This document shows, in pieces, positions 26,075 to 34,953 of a stretch of DNA of 64,000 nucleotides. How positions within the stretch are numbered: the stretch's first letter is position 1; every line of letters begins with the position of its first letter. Below the pieces are notes generated by a model. The model was not told where the DNA came from. It was given only the letters and a program-made list of their open reading frames with translations, and did not search any database. The DNA lies in assembly GCA_965215165.1 (NCBI GenBank), contig CBDCCX010000006.1, forward strand, positions 174,831-238,830, in the 5' to 3' direction. Source of the stretch: Rhodothermales bacterium. Its GTDB lineage: Bacteria > Bacteroidota > Rhodothermia > Rhodothermales > JANQRZ01. A program made the position numbers and the translations under genes.

Positions 26075-27961
26075 CTATCGCAGGACGACGAGGCGGCGGG
26101 TGAGCGAGCCGGACACGCTTCGGACGCGCACGACGTAGACCCCCGCCGGCAGCCCCGCTGTTGCCAGGCGCAGCGCGTGCGTCCCCGCCGCGAGCGGGCC
26201 GGCGTGCGGCAACGCCACCCGGCGGCCGAGCACATCGAAGAGTGCTACCTCCACCGGCTGTGACCAACCGAGCGTGACCGACACCGTGACGGAACCGCGC
26301 GCAGGGTTGGGGTAGGCTGCGAGCGCTGCGCCGGTAGCCAACGGCTCCGGCTCAGCGGCGACCGTGACTCCCCCTTCGTAGGCCCCGAGGTCTACTTCAC
26401 TGCCTACGACCCTCGGCTCGCCGGCCAGGTCTACTGGCAGTAGCTCAGCCGTGTCGCCGTCCGAGTCGAGGTCGAAAGCGTCCGGCGGTAGGAAGTCCGA
26501 GCGGCCGAAGTCGAGCGCGGGACTCTCCTCTTGGAGGCGGAGGTCGCCGTAGTCGTCGTCGTCGGTGCCCCAGGTGCCGTCGGGGCCGGGGTCGGGAGGG
26601 CGCACGAACAGCGGGTCGGTGTCGAGGATCGACTCGCAGCTAGCGGTGCCCGAGCCGTCCGGCGGGCAGCCGCCTCGGATGAGGATGTGCTGGAGCGTGG
26701 CGAACCCGCTCAGGGCTTCGACCTCCTGGCTGTTGTTCCAGAACACAGCGTTGCGCACCGTGGCTGATGCTCCACTCGTGATGCGGAGCCCGCCCCCCAC
26801 CTCTGCTTCGTTCGAGACGAGGGTGACGTTCGTGAGGGTGCCCACCGTACCGTTCCCCAATCTGAGTGCCCCGCTGAAATCGTCGGCAGTATTGCCAACA
26901 AATGCGGTGTTCGTCAGGTCGACGCGCGAAGCCGAAGCGGTCATCCCGCCGCCACTGCTCAAATCGTCCTGGGGATCAACGACGTTGCCGTAGAGGCCGA
27001 CGTTGACCAAGTCAACACTCGCCGATAGAATGGATAGACCCCCTCCCCCGTCAAAGGCATAGTTCCGCACGAACGTCGCCTCGACTACATCGACGGTGGC
27101 GCGGTCCGCGTCCATCGCCCCACCGAAGCTCGCGGTGTTCTCGACGAACTCGACCTCGCGCAGCACCGCTGACAGCGTGCCGCGCTCCACAGTCTCGACT
27201 ACCGCCATCGTCTCGCCCGCGATCTCCGCCTCTAGCTGCCGCCGCCGCTCGGCCTCCGACCCCCGCTCCAGGTCGCCCAAGAGCCACAACCCGCCCCCGA
27301 TCCCATTCAGCCCGTTGCGCGCGAACGCCACGCGCTCGAACACCACCCGCCCCGAGGCCCCGAAGAACGCCCCGCCGCCGCCGCCGAAGCCGTCGGTCTG
27401 CACCACCGTGTTCTCCACGATCCGGCAGTCGCGCACCGTCAGGCTCGCGTCCACGCCGTAGATCCCCGCGCCGCGGTTGTTTGGGTTGGCCCCGTTGCCG
27501 TAGCCATCGGTGATGGTGAAGCCGTCGAGCAGCGTCCCCTCGGCCACGCCGCTCGCGGTGATGACGTGGAAGGCGTTGTCGGTGCTGTCGCCGGGCACCC
27601 CGATGTTGCCGGACAGGACCGTGGGGTTCGCCTCGGGGTCGCGCTCGTTGAGCTGCGCTTCGGTGCCGTCGAAGCCACCGAAGAGCGCGGTCCCGCTGAC
27701 GAGGATGAACGAGGCGTCGCGGTCGACCACGCCGCTCTCGGCCGGGAGATACGTCCCGTCGGCGACCCAGATCTCGTCGCCTGCTTCGGCCGCGGCAAGC
27801 GCGTCTTGCAGATCGGCGAAGGCGTCATTCCAGGACGTGCCGTCGCCAGCCCCGGTAGCGTCGGCGTCGACGAAGAGCACGGGCTGTGCGGTGGCCGGGA
27901 AACAGAGCAGCGCAGCGACGAGGAGCGCGAAGCTCGGTAGGCGTGGGAGCAGAAAAGTCAA
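26075..27961 (-). CDS. T9SS-secreted right-handed beta-helix protein (paralogue 1)
   Basis: 628 aa with a TTG start. Signal peptide MTFLLPRLPSFALLVAALLCFPATAQ. Same architecture as 24169-26028. AT-rich putative promoter region at 27962-28096. Confidence 0.75.
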   Translation of the reverse strand: MTFLLPRLPSFALLVAALLCFPATAQPVLFVDADATGAGDGTSWNDAFADLQDALAAAEAGDEIWVADGTYLPAESGVVDRDASFILVSGTALFGGFDGTEAQLNERDPEANPTVLSGNIGVPGDSTDNAFHVITASGVAEGTLLDGFTITDGYGNGANPNNRGAGIYGVDASLTVRDCRIVENTVVQTDGFGGGGGAFFGASGRVVFERVAFARNGLNGIGGGLWLLGDLERGSEAERRRQLEAEIAGETMAVVETVERGTLSAVLREVEFVENTASFGGAMDADRATVDVVEATFVRNYAFDGGGGLSILSASVDLVNVGLYGNVVDPQDDLSSGGGMTASASRVDLTNTAFVGNTADDFSGALRLGNGTVGTLTNVTLVSNEAEVGGGLRITSGASATVRNAVFWNNSQEVEALSGFATLQHILIRGGCPPDGSGTASCESILDTDPLFVRPPDPGPDGTWGTDDDDYGDLRLQEESPALDFGRSDFLPPDAFDLDSDGDTAELLPVDLAGEPRVVGSEVDLGAYEGGVTVAAEPEPLATGAALAAYPNPARGSVTVSVTLGWSQPVEVALFDVLGRRVALPHAGPLAAGTHALRLATAGLPAGVYVVRVRSVSGSLTRRLVVLR

Positions 27962-28096
27962 GGGGAGCCTGGTAACATGACAAGGTCTGGCGCATCTCAG
28001 TATAGGACCTACCCCTATGAATATCCAAACCTTGTTGGAACGAACATCTTGCTATTCTCCAATTGAATCTATATATCTATTTCTTTCTTCCAGTCT

Positions 28097-28263
28097 CTAG
28101 TGCTGCGACACAGCGATCCTGATGGGTTCTCGCCGGCCCGTGTGCCGCGCGTCGGCGTTGGTCTCGTCGCCCGATGCTACGGCATCTGGCTCTTCGGCTG
28201 CCTTAGCACACAGCACCCGACCTCGTCGATTTATCCGTCATTCTTCTCGTGTCGAAGCACTAG
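28097..28263. mobile_element. MITE-like element copy C (related family with different TIRs)
   Basis: TIRs TA-GTGCTGCGACAC (28098-28111) and GTGTCGAAGCAC-TA (28249-28262). Shares the central ~30-nt core CGCCYGATGCTACGGCATCTGGCTC with copy B. Confidence 0.5.
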
Positions 28264-28365
28264 GGACTGTGATCATTTGTGACTGCGCGGCAAGAGTGAT
28301 CGTCCGCGTCTAGACCGACTAGGTAAGTCCTATACCGACTAGGTAAGTCACTGCTGAGGACGGAG

Positions 28366-28400
28366 ACAAAAGAAGCCGCGCCGGGCATCCCGACGCGGCC
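28366..28400 (-). terminator. Rho-independent terminator of the rplU-rpmA operon
   Basis: On the minus strand: GCCGCG...CGCGGC stem with an inner GGG/CCC extension, followed by TTCTTTTGT. Confidence 0.65.
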
Positions 28401-28473
28401 TCTGTGCTCGTCTGCGCTCAGCGGTCTCAGACCGGCTGCGACCGATCCCAAATCCCCACTCTAAAATCCACCA

Positions 28474-28728
28474 TCACGCAGGGTCGATGTGGACGACCTT
28501 GCGGTCCTGGCGGCCGCGCGCGAAGCGGACGGTGCCTGCCGTCTTGGCGAAGAGCGTGTCGTCGTTGCCGCGGCCCACGTTGAGGCCGGGGTGGAACTTG
28601 GTGCCGCGCTGCCGGACGATAATCGAGCCGGCGGGGACGGTTTCGCCGCCGTAGGTCTTGACGCCGAGCATCTGCGGGTTCGAGTCGCGGCCGTTCTTGG
28701 AGGAGCCTACGCCTTTCTTGTGTGCCAT
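28474..28728 (-). CDS. rpmA: 50S ribosomal protein L27
   Basis: [29 protein letters not shown]...[13 protein letters not shown] is canonical L27. Confidence 0.95.
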   Translation of the reverse strand: MAHKKGVGSSKNGRDSNPQMLGVKTYGGETVPAGSIIVRQRGTKFHPGLNVGRGNDDTLFAKTAGTVRFARGRQDRKVVHIDPA

Positions 28729-28746
28729 GAGTCTGGAGGGCTGGGG

Positions 28747-29058
28747 TTAGTTGAGGGTGAGCGCGTCGATGGAGAGCTTGGTGTAGGGCTGGCGGTGGCC
28801 GTTCTTGACGCGGTAGCCCTTGCGACGCTTCTTCTTGAAGACAATCACCTTGTCGCCCTTCAGGTGCTCGAGGACGGTCGCCGTCACGGTCGCGCCGGCG
28901 ACGGTGGGCGCGCCGATGTGGACGTCGTCGCCGGAGACGAGCAGGACGCGGTCGAGCGTGAGGGTGTCGCCGACCTCGGCCTGCTGGCGGGGGGCGTAGA
29001 GCGTGGTGTTCTCCTGGACCTTGAACTGCTTGCCGGAGACTTCGACGATGGCGTACAT
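28747..29058 (-). CDS. rplU: 50S ribosomal protein L21
   Basis: [14 protein letters not shown]...[26 protein letters not shown] is canonical L21. Lies directly upstream of rpmA. Confidence 0.95.
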   Translation of the reverse strand: MYAIVEVSGKQFKVQENTTLYAPRQQAEVGDTLTLDRVLLVSGDDVHIGAPTVAGATVTATVLEHLKGDKVIVFKKKRRKGYRVKNGHRQPYTKLSIDALTLN

Positions 29059-29286
29059 GCGAGTGCGGGCTTGAGGACCCTCGGCGCGGCGGGCTGGTCT
29101 TCCGCTCGGCCGAGGAGCGCGGTGGGCAAAGAACCGGTAAGGTACGGCATGGCGTGTCCGGTTGCCAGTCTCCGGTCTCGTTGGAGCACGCTTCGCGCCC
29201 TGAATTCAAGCAGGCTTGACGCGCTACGGCCTCCGCGTAAATCGCCGGGCGGCGTACTCTGCACGGCTCACCCACCGCGCCGCCCG

Positions 29287-29955
29287 ATGTTCATCCTCTC
29301 GCTCCCGCCCTCGGGCCTTAGCCTCTCGCCCGGCAAGGTGCTCTGCATCGGCCGCAACTACGCCGAGCACGTCCGCGAGATGGGCGACGTGGCCGACCTG
29401 CCGACCGAGCCGGTGGTCTTTCTCAAGCCGTCCACGGCGCTCGTCGCCACCGGCGGGGAGGTCGTGATCCCGCCGCAGAGCAAGGACGTGCACCACGAGG
29501 TCGAGATCGTCGCCGTCATTGGGCGCGGCGGCAAGGACATCCCGGAGGCTCGTGCCCTGGAGCACGTCGGGGCCTACGCGCTCGGCCTCGACATGACGGC
29601 GCGCGACGTGCAGCGCCGGGCGAAAGACGCGGGCAAGCCGTGGACGGTGGCGAAGGGCTTTGACACGTTCGCGCCGCTTGGCCCGCTCACTGCTGCGGCC
29701 GACGTGCCCGACCCGCAAGCGCTCGGCCTCCGGCTGACCGTCAACGGCGAGACGCGGCAGGACGGGCACGCGAGCGCCATGATCTTCCCGGTCGCCTTCC
29801 TCGTGGCCTACCTCTCGCGCATCTTCACCCTCGAGCCGGGTGACCTGATCTACACCGGCACCCCGGAGGGCGTCGGCCCCGTCCGCTCCGGCGAGGTGCT
29901 GGAGGCGACGACCGAGGGGGACGCGCTGGCTCCGCTGCGCGTGACTGTGGTGTGA
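29287..29955 (+). CDS. Fumarylacetoacetate hydrolase (FAH) family protein
   Basis: Start taken at ATG 29287. KVLCIGRNYAEHVREMG, HHEVEIVAVIGRGG and GDLIYTGTPEGVGPV are FAH-family blocks. Confidence 0.8.
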   Translation: MFILSLPPSGLSLSPGKVLCIGRNYAEHVREMGDVADLPTEPVVFLKPSTALVATGGEVVIPPQSKDVHHEVEIVAVIGRGGKDIPEARALEHVGAYALGLDMTARDVQRRAKDAGKPWTVAKGFDTFAPLGPLTAAADVPDPQALGLRLTVNGETRQDGHASAMIFPVAFLVAYLSRIFTLEPGDLIYTGTPEGVGPVRSGEVLEATTEGDALAPLRVTVV

Positions 29956-30161
29956 GGAGGGAATGGAATAAAACCGGGAAAGGGAAGGAGGCGTCGCGCT
30001 CTGCCTACCGTCGGCAGGTGCACTGGAACGGGACTTGCATATCTGGGACGGCAGTGCCATCTTTAAGGCGTTTCCGACGCTCGACGCCTGTTCCGACTCG
30101 CTGCTGTCGGTGTGGTCCTCCTTCACCGACCAGCATCTTCGACACCCAATCCCCTCCCGAC

Positions 30162-30620
30162 ATGAACCGACTGACCCGTTTCGGCCTGCTCACGCTGGCC
30201 TGCCTGTTCGCCTCCACCGCCTTCGCGCAGAGCCCCGTCGGGCAGTGGCGCACGATCGACGACGAGACCGGCGAGCCGAAGTCCATCGTCGAGATCTACG
30301 CGCAGGGCGACGAGCTCTACGGCCGGATCGTCAAGGTGCTGCCCGACGATGGGTCGCTGCCCGCCGTCTGCGAGATCTGCGAGGGCGAGTTCAAGAACAA
30401 GCCGCTCGAAGGGGCCGTCATCATCAAGGCCATGGAGCGCGACGGCGACGAGTGGGAGGACGGCACGATCACCGATCCGAAGAACGGCAAGACCTACAGC
30501 GCCAAGATGGAGCTCAAGGACGCCAACACCCTCGAGGTGCGGGGCTTCATCAAGGTGCCCCTGATGGGGAGCGCGCTCGGCCGCACGCAGACCTGGTACC
30601 GCGTCACGGCCGGTTCCTGA
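30162..30620 (+). CDS. DUF2147 domain secreted protein
   Basis: Signal peptide, then GQWRTIDDETGEPKSIVEIY...CEICEGEFKNKPLEGAVII...ITDPKNGKTYSAKMEL...LEVRGFIKVP..GRTQTWYR, matching the DUF2147 pattern. Confidence 0.75.
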   Translation: MNRLTRFGLLTLACLFASTAFAQSPVGQWRTIDDETGEPKSIVEIYAQGDELYGRIVKVLPDDGSLPAVCEICEGEFKNKPLEGAVIIKAMERDGDEWEDGTITDPKNGKTYSAKMELKDANTLEVRGFIKVPLMGSALGRTQTWYRVTAGS

Positions 30621-30642
30621 GCAGATCACCATGCTGTGAGGA

Positions 30643-30679
30643 GCGGTCCGCGTGCTGTCGCGCGGGCCGCTTTTGTTGT
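30643..30679 (+). terminator. Rho-independent terminator after the DUF2147 gene
   Basis: 10-bp stem GCGGTCCGCG / CGCGGGCCGC (one G-U pair), 8-nt loop, then TTTTGTTGT. Confidence 0.65.
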
Positions 30680-30790
30680 ATACTCTCGCCGTCCCCCGCA
30701 CGCAAACCCTCGCCGCGTCTTCCCAACGTTGGACTCTGACATAGGCACCGCTCGCACGCGCCCGACCGCCGTCGGTGGGAGGGCCTCTTC

Positions 30791-31300
30791 GTGAGCGCCC
30801 TCAGCGGACACGTCCTCGTCCTCAATCAGGACTACCGCGCCCTCAGCGTGTGCAGCGTCGAGCGGGCCGTGGTGCTGCTCTTCCTCCACAAGGTCGAGCT
30901 GGTCCACGCCCGGTCCGACCGGCGGCTGCACTCGGCGCGCGCCGAGTACCCGTGGCCGAGCATCATCCGGCTCAAGGCCTACGTGCACGTGCCGTACAAG
31001 CGGATCATGCTCTCGCGCAAGAACGTCCTCCGCCGCGACGCCCACCGCTGCCAATACTGCGGCAGCCGAGACCGCCTGACCATCGACCACGTCATGCCGA
31101 AGTCGCGCGGCGGCAAGGACACCTGGGAGAACCTGGTGGCGGCGTGCGTGCCGTGCAACAACCGCAAGGGCAACCGCACGCCGGAGGAGGTCGGAATGCC
31201 GCTGCGCCGCCCGCCGTTCCGGCCGAGTCACGTCATGTTCATCCGCGACTACATCGGCCGCCTCGACGAGCAGTGGAAGCCGTACCTGTTTCTGGCGTAG
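30791..31300 (+). CDS. HNH endonuclease family protein
   Basis: 169 aa with a GTG start. CQYCGSRDRLTIDHVMPKSRGGKDTWENLVAACVPCNNRKGNRTP is the HNH motif. Confidence 0.8.
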   Translation: MSALSGHVLVLNQDYRALSVCSVERAVVLLFLHKVELVHARSDRRLHSARAEYPWPSIIRLKAYVHVPYKRIMLSRKNVLRRDAHRCQYCGSRDRLTIDHVMPKSRGGKDTWENLVAACVPCNNRKGNRTPEEVGMPLRRPPFRPSHVMFIRDYIGRLDEQWKPYLFLA

Positions 31301-31438
31301 GGACGTGCGTGAGGAATCGGCGAGGCCGGGCGGTGAGGTGAACGAGACGAGGCGTGGTGAGTGGAACGCAAAGGTGCCCGTAGCGAGGCGCTGGAGCAAC
31401 GCGCCCTTACGTTTCACGCATCGCGCCTTAGCCGTCCT
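31301..31438 (+). repeat. Word-hairpin-like intergenic inverted repeat
   Basis: GTGAGTGGAACGCAAAGG on the left faces CCCTTACGTTTCACGC on the right. It ends about 20 nt before ATG 31439. Confidence 0.3.
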
Positions 31439-31936
31439 ATGAACTTCCTCTCGAACCCAATCGTCGCCCGCCTGCTGTGGGCCGCGCCGGCGCTGCTGCT
31501 CGGCATCGCGGTCTACCTCCTGTGGGCCGGGCTCGGGCAGCGCGAGGCAGCGACGGTCGGCGTGCCGGTCGAGGCCGAGGTGCTCGGCGTCACCACGCGC
31601 GAGCGGGCCGAGATCACGCTCGGGCAGGTCGAGCTCCGCTACGTGCCGCCGGGCGAGACGGCCGCCGTCGAGCGGAGCATCGAGCTGCCGCTGACGCTGC
31701 TCAAGAGCATCGAGGCGCGGGAGCTGGAGACCGTCACGGTCCGCGTCGTACCCGGCAGCGAGCAGATCGTGCTCGACCCGTACAAACGCTCGCAGTGGAT
31801 CCTCAGCCTCAGCTTCGCCGCGATGGCGCTCTTCGGCGCACTCGCCCTCGGGGTGATGGTCCGCGGCTGGAACCGGTTCCTCGGTGAGCACGGCGACCCC
31901 TCCGAGGGCGACCCCTCCGAGGCGGCCGTCGCCTAG
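31439..31936 (+). CDS. Hypothetical membrane protein
   Basis: ATG 31439 (MNFLSNPIVARLLWAAPALLLGIAVYLLWAG...). One N-terminal and one C-terminal hydrophobic helix. No family recognised. Confidence 0.5.
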   Translation: MNFLSNPIVARLLWAAPALLLGIAVYLLWAGLGQREAATVGVPVEAEVLGVTTRERAEITLGQVELRYVPPGETAAVERSIELPLTLLKSIEARELETVTVRVVPGSEQIVLDPYKRSQWILSLSFAAMALFGALALGVMVRGWNRFLGEHGDPSEGDPSEAAVA

Positions 31937-32013
31937 CTCGGGCAAACGATCGTCCCCCTCTTGCCCCGTGGGCCGCGCCGTCGTAGTCTTGGGCTCGACC
32001 AACCTCCGACGCC

Positions 32014-33315
32014 ATGCGTATCGCCTGCCTCGCCCTGTTCGCCTGCCTCGTTGCCGCCTCCGCCTCCGGGCAGGAGGCCGGAACGTGGAGTCTCCTGCCA
32101 GCCTCCCCCGAGCACAGCTACCGGTTCGAGGACGCCAGCTTCGTCGACCCGCAGACCGGCTGGATCGTCAACGGAAGCGGCGAGGTGTTCCGCACCGACA
32201 ATGCCGGCGCGGACTGGACGCTCCAGGCCACGCTGCCCGCCTACCTCCGCTCGGTCGCCTTCGTCAGCGAGCGGCGCGGCATCATCGGAACCCTCGACCA
32301 GGAGGACGTGCTCTACGCGACGACCGACGGGGGCGAGACCTTCGTCGACCTCACCGACCGCATCAGCGGGCCGCGGCCGAAGGGCATCTGCGGGCTGTGG
32401 GCCGTCAACGAGCAGGTCATCTACGGGGCCGGGTGGTTCGCCTCGCCAGCGCACCTCGTCAAGACGACCGACGGTGGGCAGACGTGGACGTCGCGCTCGA
32501 TGGCCGAGTACGCCGGTTCGCTGGTGGACGTCTACTTCTGGGACGAGCAGCGCGGCCTGGCCGTGGGCGGAAGCGAGGGGACGAGCGGGGCCTCGCAAGC
32601 CGTCGTGCTGATGACGGAGGACGGGGGCGACACCTGGACCGTCCGCCACACCAGCAGCGACTTCGGCGAGTGGTCCTGGAAGATCACCTTCCCGACGCCG
32701 AGCACGGGCTACGTCTCGGTCGAGGGCACGGCCTTCCCGGCAAAGGTCTTGAAGACGACCGACGGCGGGTTCACCTGGACCGAGCTGGCAATCCCCGGCA
32801 GCACCGACCTCCAGGGCCTCGGCTTCATCACCGAGGACATGGGCTGGGCGAGCGGGCGCGGAACGACCTCGGTCACGACCGACGGCGGCGCAACCTGGGA
32901 GCCTATCACCCTCGACGGCGGCATCAACCGCTTCGCGTTCTTCGGCGACTCGCTCGGCTATGCGATGGGGGGGCGGATCTACGCCTACACCCCGCCCACT
33001 GGCACGAGCATCGCTGGTGAAGCCGCGCCCGGCAGCGGGCTTTCGCTCGGCGCACCCTACCCGAACCCGTTCGCGCAGACGGTCACGGTCCCGTTCTACC
33101 TCGACCGGCCCACCGAGATTAAGTTGGCCGTCTTCGACGTGCTTGGGCGGCGCGTGGCGGTGCTGGCAGAGGAGTATCGGGGAACAGGCGAGCACACCGT
33201 CGTCTGGCGAGGCACCGACGTGAGCGGTCAGCCCCTCGCGCCGGGGGCCTACGTCGTCCGTCTCACGGCCGCCGGCCAAAACGTGTCGCGGACGCTCCTT
33301 CGTGTGCGACCGTAG
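32014..33315 (+). CDS. T9SS-secreted BNR/Ycf48-like beta-propeller repeat protein
   Basis: Signal peptide. Six repeats of the TTDGGxTW type (TDNAGADWT, TTDGGETF, TTDGGQTWT, TEDGGDTWT, TTDGGFTWT, TTDGGATWE). C-terminal PYPNPFAQTVTVPFYL...LLRVRP sorting domain. Confidence 0.75.
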   Translation: MRIACLALFACLVAASASGQEAGTWSLLPASPEHSYRFEDASFVDPQTGWIVNGSGEVFRTDNAGADWTLQATLPAYLRSVAFVSERRGIIGTLDQEDVLYATTDGGETFVDLTDRISGPRPKGICGLWAVNEQVIYGAGWFASPAHLVKTTDGGQTWTSRSMAEYAGSLVDVYFWDEQRGLAVGGSEGTSGASQAVVLMTEDGGDTWTVRHTSSDFGEWSWKITFPTPSTGYVSVEGTAFPAKVLKTTDGGFTWTELAIPGSTDLQGLGFITEDMGWASGRGTTSVTTDGGATWEPITLDGGINRFAFFGDSLGYAMGGRIYAYTPPTGTSIAGEAAPGSGLSLGAPYPNPFAQTVTVPFYLDRPTEIKLAVFDVLGRRVAVLAEEYRGTGEHTVVWRGTDVSGQPLAPGAYVVRLTAAGQNVSRTLLRVRP

Positions 33316-33351
33316 CGCGCTGCGAAGGCGCAGGTACTCCTCATCCGAGAG

Positions 33352-33579
33352 CTAGGCCAGATCACGCCGCGCTCCTGCCACGAGAAGGACGGCGTCGTTC
33401 ACCGTTGCATTGGCCCGCTGCATCGGCATCGACGGCTATGAGATCAGGCCAGTCGCTGGGATAGCGGGCGTCTACAGCGTACTCGGAGAGCGCAGAGAGA
33501 TCGGCATGTCTTCGGCTTGGCACAGGTCTTCCTCCGCGAACCGGAGCCAGCGGTGCGCCTCAGCGATCCGGGCCGTCAC
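33352..33579 (-). pseudogene. HEPN-domain toxin relic (frameshifted, internally deleted)
   Basis: GTG overlaps the MNT stop (GTGA). Frame 1 gives VTARIAEAHRWLRFAEEDLCQAED...*. A second frame gives ADLSALSEYAVDARYPSDWPDL. A third gives RANATVNDAVLLVAGARRDLA*. The total is only about 76 codons, and the central Rx4-6H region is missing. Confidence 0.5.
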
Positions 33580-33860
33580 GGTGCAGCCTCACGCTCGTAC
33601 ACCACGCGCCCCTCGCGCAGTGCCTCGTGCAGGAGGGTGCCGACGAGCTCGCCGCGCCGCTCGATCTCCTCGGGCGTTGTCACGACCACGTCCTTTGGGA
33701 CGGGGAGGTCGGCTAGCGCCCGGCGCAACGAGATAGCGGCCTCGCGTTTGTTCTCTACGTGCGGAAGCACGACGAGGAAGTCGAGGTCGCTTCCGGGCCG
33801 AGCCGTAGCCCGCGCGTGGGGGCCGAAGACGAGCACCCGGAGCGGGCCACACGCCTGCAC
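33576..33860 (-). CDS. MNT-type nucleotidyltransferase (antitoxin of HEPN/MNT pairs); start uncertain
   Basis: LRVLVFGPHARATARPGSDLDFLVVL is the minimal NTase G[SP]x9-13DxD core. The only canonical in-frame start is GTG 33860. The frame stays open upstream into thiC remnant R3. Confidence 0.55.
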   Translation of the reverse strand: MQACGPLRVLVFGPHARATARPGSDLDFLVVLPHVENKREAAISLRRALADLPVPKDVVVTTPEEIERRGELVGTLLHEALREGRVVYEREAAP

Positions 33861-33929
33861 GAGCCGACGGGTCGCCGCTTCAACGTGGGAGGTGCCGGGA
33901 ATGAGCAGCGGCCTGACATCCGCACTGTG

Positions 33930-33995
33930 CGCTCGGCCGCGTAGTCGCGCCCGTCTTGGGTGATCTCCATCGAGTAGGGCTTCGGCCCCCGCAGT
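33930..33995 (-). pseudogene. thiC 3'-end remnant R3
   Basis: Translates MEITQDGRDYAAERTV, versus resident Thi[17 protein letters not shown]. The nucleotide run CCGCGTAGTCGCGC.CGTC.TGGGTGATCT.CATCGAG matches 36681-36720 of thiC. Confidence 0.65.
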
Positions 33996-34018
33996 ACGGC
34001 CGCGCCGGGGCGAGGCTC

Positions 34019-34885
34019 CTAGCCGGCTGTGGACCGGAGGTACCGATGGAGAAAACCGAGTACGCGGGTCCGGTAGGCGCTGGGGGCAAGGGCGAGGTAA
34101 TCCTCGTGCTTGCCTCCGTCCACCCACCATAGTGCCTTCGGGCGGTGAGCAGCTTGGTAGAGACGCCAGGAGTCGGCAGGCCGGGTGAGCCGGTCCCTCG
34201 TACCGGCCACGATGAGGACCGGAGCATCCAGTCTACCGATCGCTTCGGCGGGGCGGAGGTCGGCGGGTCGGGCACCGGTCCGTGCGGGCATGGACCGGAG
34301 GAGGAGCGGCGCGAGAGGCGGTCCGAGGGGGCCGAGCCAGCGACGGAGTCGGTTCTCGGTCGCGGATTCGATATCGGCGTAGACGGACTCGAGCACGACG
34401 GCGTCTGCGTCCAGGTGCTCGCCCGCGAGGGCTACGGCGGCCCCTCCGAGCGAGATGCCGACGGCGCCCACGCGCTCTCCGGGAAACCGGTGGCGGGCCT
34501 CGGCGACGGCTGCGACGGCGTCGAGCCGTTCGTGGTACCCCAGGGTGATCCGGTCGCCCGTGCTCTCTCCGTGCGCCTGGAGGTCGACAGCCAGCACCGC
34601 GTAGCCCGCATCGTGGAACAGCACGGCGCGGTCGCGTAGCGCATCGCGGCTAGACCGGATGCCGTGCAGGAGGACGATGGCACCACCGCCGGGGACCCCC
34701 TCCGCAGCCCACGCTGCGAGCGAGGCCCCGGAGCCGCTCGGGAAGCGCACGACCTCGGCGTGGAGTGCCGACGGCGGGGGCGCTACCTCAGTGTGTGCCG
34801 GCCGGGTCACCGCTGCTCCGACGAGCGAGCATCCCGCTCCCATGCTCAGCGCGCCCACCCACACAGCGACAGCGAGGAGACGCAC
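34019..34885 (-). CDS. Alpha/beta hydrolase (probable lipoprotein or exported)
   Basis: IVLLHGIRSS, the GISLGG nucleophile elbow, and C-terminal VDGGKHED. GTG 34885 gives a signal-like VRLLAVAVWVGALSMGAGCS. The ORF-track start 35035 would read through thiC remnant R2. Confidence 0.7.
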   Translation of the reverse strand: MRLLAVAVWVGALSMGAGCSLVGAAVTRPAHTEVAPPPSALHAEVVRFPSGSGASLAAWAAEGVPGGGAIVLLHGIRSSRDALRDRAVLFHDAGYAVLAVDLQAHGESTGDRITLGYHERLDAVAAVAEARHRFPGERVGAVGISLGGAAVALAGEHLDADAVVLESVYADIESATENRLRRWLGPLGPPLAPLLLRSMPARTGARPADLRPAEAIGRLDAPVLIVAGTRDRLTRPADSWRLYQAAHRPKALWWVDGGKHEDYLALAPSAYRTRVLGFLHRYLRSTAG

Positions 34886-34953
34886 CTGGGGCGGGGTGAG
34901 TCGCGGCCAGCCCCTTCCCGGCGCTGGGGTTCTGGTGATGAGTCTGCGTCGCG

